A stretch of DNA of 64,000 nucleotides from Octopus sinensis (taxonomy: Eukaryota), in the NCBI RefSeq assembly GCF_006345805.1, contig NC_043008.1, forward strand, positions 37,696,001-37,760,000, written 5' to 3'. Both the position numbers and the translations under genes were made by a program. Of this stretch, positions 37,188 through 49,863 are shown piece after piece. The first letter of the stretch is position 1; every line of letters begins with the position of its first letter. The notes beneath the pieces are model-generated. The model saw only the letters and a program-made list of their open reading frames with translations. It made no database searches and was not told where the DNA came from.

Positions 37188-37505
37188 TCCACAAATCTCA
37201 TCTCTTCAGATCACAGTCCATATTCCTGGAATGATTCCATTGGGTGGATCATCTTCGTGGATTCATTTCTTCAGGTGATATTGCATTAATGGATGTTTAA
37301 TTGAGAGATGTTTACTCCTTTTGACCAGTGAGAAGGTTTAAAGGGATAAACAGCCCTCAGTTAAACATCCATTAATGTTAAATCACATGAAGAAATGAAT
37401 TCATGAAGATGATCAACCTGATGCCTAAGGATACTACAAAGTACACAGTAATCATCCAAGGAATACAGACTGTGATCTGAAGAGGAATGCGATTTGTGGA
37501 AACGT
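37188..37505. repeat. Imperfect long inverted repeat (arms 37188-37305 and 37356-37500), Penelope-like relic
   Basis: tcttcagatcacagtc...ttaatggatgtttaattgag versus ctcagttaaacatccattaa...gactgtgatctgaaga. Confidence 0.8.
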
Positions 37506-37608
37506 GTGTAGTGTATAAATTCCATCTGGGGATTATTGTTATTATTACTATATATATATATATACACACACACACATACATACACACACATTCGCACACA
37601 CACACATT

Positions 37609-37656
<48 letters not shown>

Positions 37657-37869
37657 CACACACACACATATATATATATATACACACACACACATATATA
37701 TATACACATGTACACACATAAATGCATATATATATATATATATATACATACATATACATATATATCCTCATTGTTTGATGTCTGCCTTCCACGCTGGCAT
37801 GGTTGATATATATATATACACATACTTCTTACTTTCATGCGACATGGAGGATGGTTGGAAGTAAGAACC

Positions 37870-37910
<41 letters not shown>

Positions 37911-37918
37911 TAATAATA

Positions 37919-37962
<44 letters not shown>

Positions 37963-37984
37963 AATAGTAATAATGATAATAATA
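37870..37984. repeat. (AAT)n/(GAT)n microsatellite
   Basis: Direct reading. Confidence 0.95.
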
Positions 37985-38089
37985 ATGTCTATGCTGTGCT
38001 GCATCTATAATAGAGTGGACAAAACTAATGCCCATATCTTGAACGTATGTCCTAGACTTGCCCCAAACCACTAAAAGTTGTAATACTAG

Positions 38090-38226
<137 letters not shown>

Positions 38227-39047
38227 AAGTCCCTTGCCATTAATTCAAATGCTACATTACATTGTTGTAGGTTATTTACCCATAAACAGCAATACATCAG
38301 CTGAATATTTACTTTTGATAAAGATGGACCAAATATTGAATATTGGTCAAAATATTTCTATTTATTTTGATCCAAACAAATTCAGTAGGAAACTTTGAAA
38401 GTTTATCAATACGCATACACTACACACACATGTGCATGCACACGCACACACACACATCTCTGCAGTTGAACAGTTTTGTTTTTCTGAGACCAATAGAAGT
38501 TACTAGCAAAATATAGAGAGATGAAACCAGACTTCATCGATGAAGAACGAAAATAAATGTAATGATATAATATCAAGAGGTAAAACTTTCTGTAAATGTT
38601 ATCAGATTTTATTTCTATTTATTCTTGTCTTTTTGTCATTTATTATTTCGTGCTTCTTTTTGTTTGATTATTTGGTTATAACAGAGAATTGAAAATGCCT
38701 CATGTAATCTAGTTGCCACGACATGACATGCCAAAGCTCTAAAGAAATCATGTGATCAATCATATTATTCAATTGCTATTTCAGTTCATTCTATTCACCT
38801 GTCTGTTAGGTATACATGTTTATTTAAAAATGGCAAGTGAGAGAGAAATTTTCGCATCATTTATTTATTTTCATTTTCTTTTTTTTTATATATATATATT
38901 TTTTTTTCTTACTGATTTATGATATTCTGACAATTTTGCATGCAGTAAAGTTCAAATTGTTGAAAAAAATAGCAACAAAATTAAAACACACACACATACA
39001 TCCAAAAACATAATAATAATGATTATTATTATTATTATTATTATTAC

Positions 39048-39078
<31 letters not shown>

Positions 39079-39589
39079 AAGCCAGGTTTTCATATCTCCA
39101 AAACATGTTGCTTCAAAATTTAATATTCATCGTTTGGAGAGCAGAGCAACTGATGAAGGTTACCATGACAAAAAAAGAGAGAAAACAGATTAAAACAAAT
39201 CCTTCAACTTATGTAAGATTTCCTGGATCTCTTCCTAGTTCTGGAGACTTTTCAGCAGATACAGAGTAATCTATCTCTTAATGTTCTCAATCTATGTAGT
39301 CAGACAGAAGGAACAAGGGGGGAATTTGATAAAACCTAATTTTCATTTTCAGGTTTGAAAGACATTTGTTATATAGTCTGAGATGGTTGATGCCTTTCAC
39401 TTGCATTTTCCTAATATCTTTGTAGAAAATATATGGTCCCATGCTATTTGTTCTTTTCAGCTATCAAATACCATAATCAGGAAAGTATTGGATAGCTGAA
39501 AAGAATGAATAGCATGGTACCGTAGGTTGCAGGTAGTAAGCCCACTGTGCATGCAAGGCTCCAGGAGCTCCAACAAAACCTGTAATAAA

Positions 39590-39633
39590 GAAATGATAAT
39601 AATAATAATGATAATAATAATAATAATAATAAC

Positions 39634-39683
<50 letters not shown>

Positions 39684-39727
39684 TAATAATGATAATGATA
39701 ATAATGATAATAATGATAATAATAATG

Positions 39728-39770
<43 letters not shown>

Positions 39771-39797
39771 TAACAATAATAATAATAACAACAACAA
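39590..39797. repeat. (AAT)n microsatellite with GAT/AAC variants
   Basis: Direct reading. Confidence 0.95.
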
Positions 39798-40373
39798 CAA
39801 CACAAACCACCTTCAGTGCTTGAAAATGATCACATCTCACTCCTCTGGAACTTCACCATTCAAACTGACAGAAAGATAGATGCAAATAGGCCAGACATCA
39901 TAATGAAAGACTTCAGATAAAAATCATAACTCCTCATTGATATGACTGTCCCAATCGATATAAACGTATCTGTCAAGACCTACCAAAAACCAAGCAAATA
40001 TAAAGATCTTGAAATAGAAATTAGCAAAACGTGGAACCTGAAGCCTAAAACAATACCTGTTGTCATAGTTGTCCTGGGAATGATAGCAAAAGGGGCTGAT
40101 TGCTACCTAGCTTAGGTACCAGGAAACACCAAAAATGGCAGAAATTCAAAAGTTAGTGCTCATGTGAACTGCTCATATCCTACGCAAAATACTTTCTATG
40201 TAATCTCAAGTTTTAATACAAACATAATTTTCTTATGGTTTCTTAAACATTCCCAAGAATAACACTATGTACAAAACCAAATATATGACACTCTAAGCAT
40301 AACACCAACATGAACTTCCAACTTGTTGTCTCTTGAAACAAAAAACTGAGAGTAAAAAACAAATAATAATAAT
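39798..40373 (+). mobile_element. 5'-truncated R4/Dong-clade LINE: RLE endonuclease domain, 3' UTR and (AAT) end
   Basis: QHKPPSVLENDHISLLWNFTIQTDRKIDANRPDIIMKD...LLIDMTVP...KYKDLEIEISKTW...IPVVI..LG...TAHILRKILSM*; contains the RPD and PD..D..K RLE motifs, several stops and a frameshift. Confidence 0.88.
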
Positions 40374-40384
40374 TATTATTATTA

Positions 40385-40955
40385 TTTCAAATTTTTGCCA
40401 CAAGGGAAGTTTTGTGGAGGTGGGGATGATTCAATTACATTGACCTCAGTGTTCAACTGGTACTTATATTATCGACCCTAGAAGGATGAAAGGCAAAGTC
40501 GACCTTGGTGGAATTTGAACTCAGAACATACCACTAAGCATTTTGTCCAGTGCACTAACAATTCTGCCAGCTCGCTTCCTTAAAAAGCCAATACAGTTTC
40601 GACCCAGTGACATTGCAACTCATTTCTACAGCTGAGTGAACTGGAACAATGGGAAATAAAGTGTCTTGCTCAAGAACACAACACAGCCCAGTCCAGGAAT
40701 CAAACTCACTACCTCATAATTATGAACCCGATGCTCTAACCACAACCACATAATTGTGAACCCAGTGCTCTATCCACATGTGCCTTCGCAACAATAACAA
40801 CAATGGTTTTAAATTTTGGCACAAGGCCAGCAAGCTTGGAGAATGGGGTCAACTGGTACTTATTTTATTGACCCTGGAAGCATGAATCACAAAGTCAACC
40901 TTGGCAGCATTTGAACTCAGAACGTAAAGGCTGATGAAATGCCACTGAGTATTTT
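40385..40955 (-). mobile_element. Cluster of diverged SINEs (family B at about 40385-40575 and 40805-40955; family C at about 40600-40790)
   Basis: Reverse matches to the family bodies. Confidence 0.7.
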
Positions 40956-41856
40956 GTCCAATGTACACTCTTTTTTTTTCTCCTAAAGACTCTCATCATT
41001 GTATAAGCATTTTCCAAACAGGCAAAGGTTAGTGACAGTGATGGCATCCAGCCGAAAAACAATGCTTCAGTGATATATTTTCATTTTACACATGTTGACA
41101 TGGGAAAGAAATGAAAGAATGAATTTCTCTTTTATTTACCATTTAGTCAGAGAGGAATGTGCAATGCCTTTGACCCTTAAATTTTCTAGACCTCTAAGAT
41201 TTGTGGAAGGAATTGAAGAGGTTATGCTTAAAACCAGAGACTGGACCCAAATTCTTGTAAAACAATGAATTTTGTACCAGGTGGTGACGCTGAAATACCT
41301 AACAACATTGCTCCTTGTCAGCTCATTTAGATCACAGTTTCTGTGGCTATTGAGTTGTTTTGACTCTTATTTCTAGCAATTCATTTTAGTGACATATATA
41401 TTTCTGCTTTTAGGTTGTAAAATTGCAAATTAGCCACCCATATTATTTATAAATCTCACACTATCGTTTATGAAATCAGCATATGATTTCAACAGAGATC
41501 TTATAAGCTGACAATGTGAGATGAGTTTAACCCTAGGCATGGTGAGAACTACTAAAGAGCATTAAAATGTGTTAAGCATCAGAATGCAAAATCATGGGTG
41601 ATCTAGCTCTATCTGCGATGGTAGCAGGCTTGTTTCCCTTGTCAGCTCATTTAGATAGTGCTTTTTGTGGCAACTGAATTATTTTGACCCTTATTTCTAG
41701 CAATACTGGTGCTGACTAGTGCCCTGTAGTGACGTAAGGACATCCAGCTGTAGAAACCATGCCAAATCAGAATGGAGTCTTGTGCAGCCCCTGAACTTAC
41801 CAACCTTGGTCAAACCATCCAACCCATGGACAATGGACGATGAATGATGATTATAT

Positions 41857-41896
<40 letters not shown>

Positions 41897-42364
41897 TGTT
41901 GGATTTGGATGTTCCTATTGAAGCAGTTAATAAATAATATGAATTAGTATTATCTGTAAGTCGATGATTGAAAGGAATCTGTTCCTCCATTTTCTTATTT
42001 GTATATATATATATATACACATATATATATGCACATAGAATTAATGAATCTTGACCAAATTTTTGTGACCATGGTTGTTTTCTTCCTCAACTAAACAATC
42101 AGGTTCATTGATTCAATAAGTGACTGAGTATTCCACAAACACATGAACCCTTAATGTAATTCTCATGTACAAGAAGCATAACACAGCGTGATGCAGTTGG
42201 ATTGTTGACTTACTGGTACAACCCATGTGAAAGACATCTACATAATTTCACTCACAAGATAAAAGGTTGAACCAAGGTACAGTCTCAAGATGCAATGCAG
42301 TGAAACTGAAGTCAGGACTTGATGAACGCACAATAAATTTGTAAACAATTCAGCCATAATCTAT

Positions 42365-42382
42365 CTGTCTGCCTGTCTGTCC

Positions 42383-42427
<45 letters not shown>

Positions 42428-42460
42428 CCTACCTACTTATCTACCTACATACCTACCTAC

Positions 42461-42498
<38 letters not shown>

Positions 42499-42561
42499 GT
42501 CTATTTATCTGTCTATCTGTCTATCTATCTATCTATCCATCTATCTATCCATCTATTATCA

Positions 42562-42650
<89 letters not shown>

Positions 42651-42690
42651 ATTGATTTATCTACCTATTCATCTATCTATCTACACTTAT
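42365..42690. repeat. (TCTG)n/(TCTA)n tetranucleotide tract
   Basis: Direct reading. Confidence 0.95.
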
Positions 42691-42711
42691 GTGTGTGTGT
42701 GTGTGTGTGTG

Positions 42712-43607
42712 TGCGTGTGTATGTGGTTCAAGGAGGTGAAGTGAAAAATCAACAAACGGGATGTATTTGTTTAATGATCAGGAAAAATATATGAAGTGCT
42801 TAATATTTCGAGCCTATGCTCTTCTCTAGAATGGATTGATGAGGAGAGAAAAAATGGGGAAAGAAATGTGTCTGAATTACATGGTCAAGTCATGCTGAGA
42901 TGACCTGAAGAGAAAGAATTTGGTTTGAAACTCAAGTGACAAGGGAGACATTGGTGACTTGGATGTGTGTGTGTGTGTGCAAGGGAGGGCATGTGTGTGT
43001 GAAGAAGTATGTGTGTATGCATATATAAGAAATTATGTATACTCTGTCTGTTTATGTGTGTGTATGGCCATGTGTATGTGTGTGAGGCTATCTGACATGT
43101 GTGTTCATGAGGCTATTAGACATGAGTTTGTATGTGTGTGTGTGTGTGTGGTGTGTGTGTGCGTGTGTATGTGGTTCAAGGAGGTGAAGTGAAAAATCAA
43201 CAAACGGGATGTATTTGTTTAATGATCAGGAAAAATATATGAAGTGCTTAATATTTCGAGCCTATGCTCTTCTCTAGAATGGATTGATGAGGAGAGAAAA
43301 AATGGGGAAAGAAATGTGTCTGAATTACATGGTCAAGTCATGCTGAGATGACCTGAAGAGAAAGAATTTGGTTTGAAACTCAAGTGACAAGGGAGACATT
43401 GGTGACTTGGATGTGTGTGTGTGTGTGCAAGGGAGGGCATGTGTGTGTGAAGAAGTATGTGTGTATGCATATATAAGAAATTATGTATACTCTGTCTGTT
43501 TATGTGTGTGTATGGCCATGTGTATGTGTGTGAGGCTATCTGACATGTGTGTTCATGAGGCTATTAGACATGAGTTTGTATGTGTGTGTGTGTGTGTGTG
43601 TGTGCGT
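42712..43607. repeat. Essentially identical 448-bp tandem duplication bounded by (GT)n
   Basis: atgtggttcaaggagg at 42721 and 43169; identical track ORF starts at 42959 and 43407. Confidence 0.95.
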
Positions 43608-44170
43608 GTGTGTGTTTGTATGTGTGCAAGCCTGTGTGAATGAAGCTTCTTTGTGCATGCATACTATGTGCATTTAGCACATGCATGTGTATGTGGGTGT
43701 GATTTATTTCCTGTTTATCTGCGTGTAAGTGGCTAACAGACTTGTGTGTGACACTATTGCATGTGTTCATATTGTATGTGCTCATGTGTTTGTGTATGTG
43801 TGTATGTCCTGTTTACAGTTGCTGTATGTGTGTGTGTACGAGGTTATTGTGTATAAAGCTGATTTGTGAGTGTATATATTGCATATTTGTGCATGTATAA
43901 ATGTGTATGGGTGCTTGTATGTGTGCGAGACAATCTGATGTATGTGTGTTGCTGAAGATTGCTCGATGTGTCATTCTTGATAGAAGTGTTAAGTAGGATA
44001 GAGGTGACAAAAGTGGTCTGTGTTGGGAAGCGAGGATATGTGATTGTATATTTGCCATTGCAAATGTAAGGATGGACATGAAAGTGTGGGTGCTGTTGTG
44101 TGGAATGAGCAAAAGGAGTGTAAGTGTGCACATACGTGAGGGCTAAAGTAGGAGGATGCAGGTGTGTAGA

Positions 44171-44236
<66 letters not shown>

Positions 44237-44429
44237 GTTTAGACAAAAAATGGTGTGCATGGTATGGGTAACAAATTAAACAATGTAGGGATGGAAAGGG
44301 AGGAAGAAAAGTAAGTGGTGTGGTGTGAACAAATATGTACTGAGGTGGGGCAAATGAAGAAGAGTGGAGAATTAAGACCATGTTTTACTGAGATGTGGAG
44401 AGCAAAATTTAATTCCTCTTCCAAATGGA

Positions 44430-44790
44430 AGCATACATACATACATACATGCATACATACATACATACATACATACATACATACATACATGCATACATAC
44501 ATACATACATGCATACATGCATACATACATACATACATACATACACATACATACATACATACATACATACATACATGCATACATACATACATTACATACA
44601 TACATACATACATGCATACATACATGCATACATGCATACATACATACATACATACATACATACATACATACATACATGCATGCATGCATACATACATACA
44701 TACATACATACACATACATACATACATACATACATACATACATACATACATACATACATACATACATACATACATACATACATACATACA

Positions 44791-44821
<31 letters not shown>

Positions 44822-45183
44822 GCACACATACATACATACATACATACATACATACATAAATACATACATACATACATACATATGCATACATACATACATA
44901 CATACATACATACATACATACATACATACATACATACATACATACATACAATACATACATACATACATACATACATACAATACATACATACATACATACA
45001 TACATACATACATACATACATACATACATACATACATACATACATACAATACATACATACATACATACATACATACATACATACATAACATACATACATA
45101 CATACATACATACAATACATACAATACATACATACATACATACATACATACATACTACATACATACATACATACATACATACA

Positions 45184-45214
<31 letters not shown>

Positions 45215-45437
45215 CAATACATACATACATACAATACATACATAATACATACATACAATACATACATACATACATACATACATCATACATACATACATAA
45301 TACATACATACATACATACACATACATACATACATACATACATACATACATACATACATACATACATACTACATACATACATAATACATACATACAATAC
45401 ATACATACATACAATACATACATACATACATACATAC
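44430..45437. repeat. ~1-kb (ATAC)n tetranucleotide array
   Basis: Direct reading; source of the 240-310-aa YIHT/MYVC pseudo-ORFs. Confidence 0.97.
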
Positions 45438-46208
45438 AAAAATACCCTGTTGTTAATGTTGAAACTCCAATGAAGGAGCCTTGGATCTAGGTTGGAAACC
45501 AGCTCTTTCCCTATTGGCAAGAAATCTTGAATTAAAACTGAAAAATGGCATACATTCATACAAACATTCACACACTTGCCCAAAATGCCAGGCAGTGAGA
45601 TCGAACAAAGAATGATGTGGTTGCAAAGCAAATGTTTCAACCATACAGCTGTACTATACTGGCACCCAGGTATTTGCTAATAAATCCGTTACTTAAAAAA
45701 TGAAATAAGAAAATTTATTGAGAGATAATCAGCTGTTACCTTGAAGTTATTATAGAATTTGATTTAGTGGCCCGAATTCTGAGATTCTGAATATGAGATG
45801 ATTAAAGCTTAAATAAATAATATACGGAGTCAACTTGGTTTCTTAGAATATTTTAAAGGTAGTGCGATATATTTGAAAAGATATGTCTGTGGAATTCGGC
45901 AAAATGTGTGCTAGAATTTAATTTCAAGCTGAGCAGCATTCTATTAAATATTATTAATTAGTTTAAGCTTCTTGTGAAAGTGTCATGTCTTTAACTACAC
46001 CTTAATGTTTTAACCTGATTGTTTACAAGAAATAACCACCAATTCTTATCTCATGGAATGCTATACATACATACATATATACACACATAACATATGTATT
46101 CATTTTCAGATGTATATTGTTTTGTCATTCCTCTGTCATAATGTTTAGAAAATGACATTTATATGGAAAAGGTATGATTTTTTAAAATCACTTATGTATA
46201 AATATGTG

Positions 46209-46419
46209 AATCCCTGGAGAAGGACATCATGCTCGGAATGGTCAGTGGCAAGAGAGGAAGAGGCCAACCAAGAACCCGCTGGCTAGACACCATCAAGAGT
46301 GATACCGGAATGGACATAGCCAATCTGAAAGAAGTGGCCCAGGATAGAACTGACTGGGGGACACTGATCCATCGAGTAACCGAGAGTCGACTTCGACTGA
46401 GCGGATAGATAAGAGATAG
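46209..46419 (+). mobile_element. 5'-truncated BovB-like RTE end with (GATA) tail and 11-bp TSD
   Basis: Uninterrupted ESLEKDIMLGMVSGKRGRGQPRTRWLDTIK...AQDRTDWGTLIHRVTESRLRLSG* (46208-46408); ataaatatgtg at 46198-46208 and 46420-46430. Confidence 0.88.
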
Positions 46420-46856
46420 ATAAATATGTGGTCATTTATTCCTCAAGAATTTAGGCAGAGCCTGTATAAGAAGAAGTGTTAATAGCCTGAATCAAATTGG
46501 CTTTTGTAATGGTGTCCAAGTGGCCTGATAAATCTCAATTTGGGTTTAATATTATTAACGGTTACTATTGTTGTGTAAAATCTACCATTTTTACTCAATG
46601 ATGATGTTAAGTGAGATAGCCGATTCTAAAGAGAATGTCATCTATATCAATTTATTCTGCTATTCTTTTTCCTATTCGATGTCTCCTTGGTATTTTTAGA
46701 TCTGTCTTCATTCTTTTCATTCATTATAAATCATGGTTAGAATGGTTTTCTATTTTCTGTTTCTTTTTGTTTCTTTTTCTGACAAATTTAAATGTAAACT
46801 TGTAAACTTCAGGGCTGGGGGATTGCTTTGCGAACATTTGTTCCGACTATTTACAT

Positions 46857-47285
46857 TGGAGTGTGACTGTGTGGTTAAAAAGTGATCTTCACAATCATGT
46901 GCTTTGCGGGTAGGGGGGTCTGGTGGTGGGGATGGGGGTGGTTTCACTCTCACTGTGTGCTACTTTGGGAAAATAATTACTACCTGGGTAAATGAACACC
47001 TTGGTACTTTGTGAGTGAATTCAACAGATGGAAGCTGTGAAAGCTCTTCGTGTATGTGTATATATGTATGTGTGTGCATCTGTGTGTGAGTTTTTGTGTT
47101 TGCTCCCCCATCACTCGACAACTGGTGCTGGTTTGTTTATGTCCTTCTGACTTAATGTTTTGGCAAAATCAAACCAGCTGAATAAGTACTAGACTTTAAA
47201 GCAAGTATGAACTGTGGTTGATTTGTTCAGTTAATTCTTCTTGGTTGTGACTCAGCATTGCTGCAGTCCATTGATGTAAACAAGT
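46857..47285 (+). mobile_element. Old diverged family A-like SINE
   Basis: Colinear, strongly diverged match. Confidence 0.6.
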
Positions 47286-48073
47286 AAAGAAAAAAATATA
47301 GAAAAGAAAGGTTTCTCAGTTCAAATCCCACCAAGGTCAGCTTTGCTTTTCATTTTCCTGGGGTCAATAAATCTAAGAACTAGTCAAGGATTTTGGATTG
47401 ATAAAATTGTTTAAGTGCTGGGCAAAAGATGTTGTGATATCTACTCTGACTGACTCTTTAGTCTTGAGTTCATTTGCAATTGCACAAGGGCCAAGATGAA
47501 CCCATCTCTGCTTTTCCCTTAGAGAACATTTCTGGGTTTTAATGAGAGGAACTCACTTTGTATGAGGAACTGCTGGTCTTCTGCTGAAAATCCTTGCCCA
47601 AGCCAAGTTGGCACCTTGGAGAGAAACTCCTCAGGTGCAAATCTTTTGTCAACTCACTCTGATAGAGATGTAAAAATATCACCTTGAATGTTTCTAACTT
47701 TTATCAGTAAGGGCAGTGGAATTGGTGGCTTTCAATGTTAAAACTGGGGACATGTTTTTTTATTTCATGCTTGTATAACAGTAGAGGCTGAAATACTCTG
47801 ATGTTATATATTTGGCCATAAAACTTCTCAATATCCTTATTGTGGAATTTATTATAAGTCAGGAGGGTAATCTGCCAGGTTTATTGGTAGAAAGGCTGTT
47901 ATGCATATCATCTAACACATGCAGCTGTTAATCAGGGCCAAATAAGGGGACAATGACAACATTAAGAGTGATGATTAAGGCTTTGTAATACGTAACTTTG
48001 AGTGGGACAACATAGAAGTCTTACAATTAGAACTACATACTAATTTAACACTCATTAATTATATAGTGTTTAA

Positions 48074-48294
48074 CCCTTTCATTACTGTATTTATTTTGAG
48101 ATGCTCTGTATTTCTTTCAATTACTTTAAATATAACAAAGAATTTAGTAAAATAACTTAGTCATCAGTCAGCTAGTGTTAGGAACATAAATTGTGACTTA
48201 GGTTTGGTGGAAGATTTTAATTCAAAACTTATGAAAACAAGACATTTGTACTACAGAGCCAGGGGTGGTTTCAGCCGGGTTGGTAACAAAAGGG
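48074..48294. mobile_element. 221-bp piggyBac-type MITE
   Basis: TTAA at 48070-48073 and 48295-48298; termini CCCTTTcattac / gtaacaAAAGGG. Confidence 0.85.
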
Positions 48295-48309
48295 TTAAAA
48301 ATAGCATGG

Positions 48310-48530
48310 TGACTTTGTTTCCATATTTCTGTTGAGATGCTCTGGGCTTCTTTCAATTAATTTCAAATATAACAAAGAATTTAGTAAAATAACTTAGCTA
48401 CCATTAAGCTAGTGTTAGGAACATAAATTGTGACTAAGGTTTGGTGGAAGATTCTAATTCAAAACTTATGAAAACAAGACATTTGTACTCAGAGCCAGAG
48501 CCGGTTTCAGCCGGGTTGGTAACAAAAGGG
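48310..48530. mobile_element. Second adjacent copy of the same MITE (left end degenerate)
   Basis: Same body; right end ggtaacaaaagggTTAA at 48519-48534. Confidence 0.8.
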
Positions 48531-48679
48531 TTAATGCTGGTGGAATCCTTTCCACACTGGAAAAAATGCTCATCAGTGTTTTGTCTGGCTCTTATGTTCT
48601 GGTTTCAAATTCCACAGAAGGTGACTTTGCCTTACATCCATTTAGGGGTCGATGAAATAAGTACCAGTTGAACACTGGG

Positions 48680-48825
48680 ATTGGCGTAAACGGAGTGGTT
48701 GGCATTAGGAAGGACATCCAGCCGTAGAAACACTGCCAGATCTGACAGGGCCTGATGAAGCCTTCCAGCTTCACAGACCCCAGTTGAACCGTCCAACCCA
48801 TGCTAGCATGGAAAGCGGACGCTAA

Positions 48826-48862
<37 letters not shown>
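48680..48862 (+). mobile_element. RTE 3' tail copy
   Basis: ggttggcattaggaaggacatccagccgtagaaac...ccatgctagcatggaaagcggacgctaaatgatgatg. Confidence 0.85.
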
Positions 48863-48863
<1 letters not shown>

Positions 48864-49392
48864 GTAGCTGTACCCCAACAAAATTTCCAGTTTTGAGCCT
48901 ATATTAGAAAGAATTAATTGCATGGTGATTAATTTATAGATGACCTTTTAATAAGAATGTATCTTTTATGATTTTAATGATGAGTTTTCATTATTTTCAT
49001 CGATTGAACAATTTATTCATTGAACGAACCCTTTTATTACCATATTTCCCTGTGGAAATATAAGCTTTTGTTTCAATTAATTTTGAAAATAATGAAGAAT
49101 TTATTAAAGTATCTTTGTCATTAAGTTGGTAGTTGTCTTTTATCAATTATATTTTACTGGTTTCATTCAGTAGACAGTGGCCATGCTGGGGCACTGCTTT
49201 GAACAATTTTAGTTGAATGAATTGACCTCAGTACTTACATTTTTAAGCCTGATACAGATTTTATCAGTCTCTTTTGCCAAGCTGCTAAGTTATGGGGACT
49301 TAAACACACCAACACCAGTTGGAAAACAGTGGTGGGGGACAAACACACACACACACACACACATACAAGTATGCACACACACATTCATATAC

Positions 49393-49441
<49 letters not shown>

Positions 49442-49447
49442 TATATG

Positions 49448-49863
49448 TAGGAGTGGCTGTGTAGTAAGTAGCTTGCTTACCAATCACATGCTTCCGGGTT
49501 CAGTCCCACTGCGTGGCACCTTGGGCAAGTGTCTTCTACTGTAGTCTCGGGCCAACCAAAGCCTTGTGAGTGGATTTGGTAGATGGAAACTGAAAGAAGC
49601 CCGTCGTATATATGTATATATATATGTATGAGTGTGTGTATATGTTCGTGGGTCTGTGTTTGTCCCCCCCAACATCGCTTGACAACCGATGCTGGTGTGT
49701 TTACGTCCCCATAACTTAGCGGTTTGGCAAAAGAGACTGAAAGAATAAGTACTAGGCTTACAAAGAATAAATCCTGGGGTCGATTTGCTCGACTAAAGGT
49801 GGTGCTCCAGCATGGCCACAGTCAAATGACTGAAACAAGTAAAAGAGTAAAAGAGTAAAGAGT
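49448..49863 (+). mobile_element. SINE family A, full length, nested in an older opposite-strand family A copy (49152-49345 and 49870-50020)
   Basis: The 3' half and the head of a minus-strand copy lie on either side of the plus-strand copy. Confidence 0.88.

Noticed and set aside
44239-45359. Long ORFs of 240-313 aa (MYVC/YIHT repeats)
   Set aside because: They are translations of the (ATAC)n array, open in several frames on both strands; no coding evidence.
47440-47900. Possible Penelope RT relic or exon
   Set aside because: Only vague motif resemblance with several stops; I cannot distinguish it from chance without a profile search.
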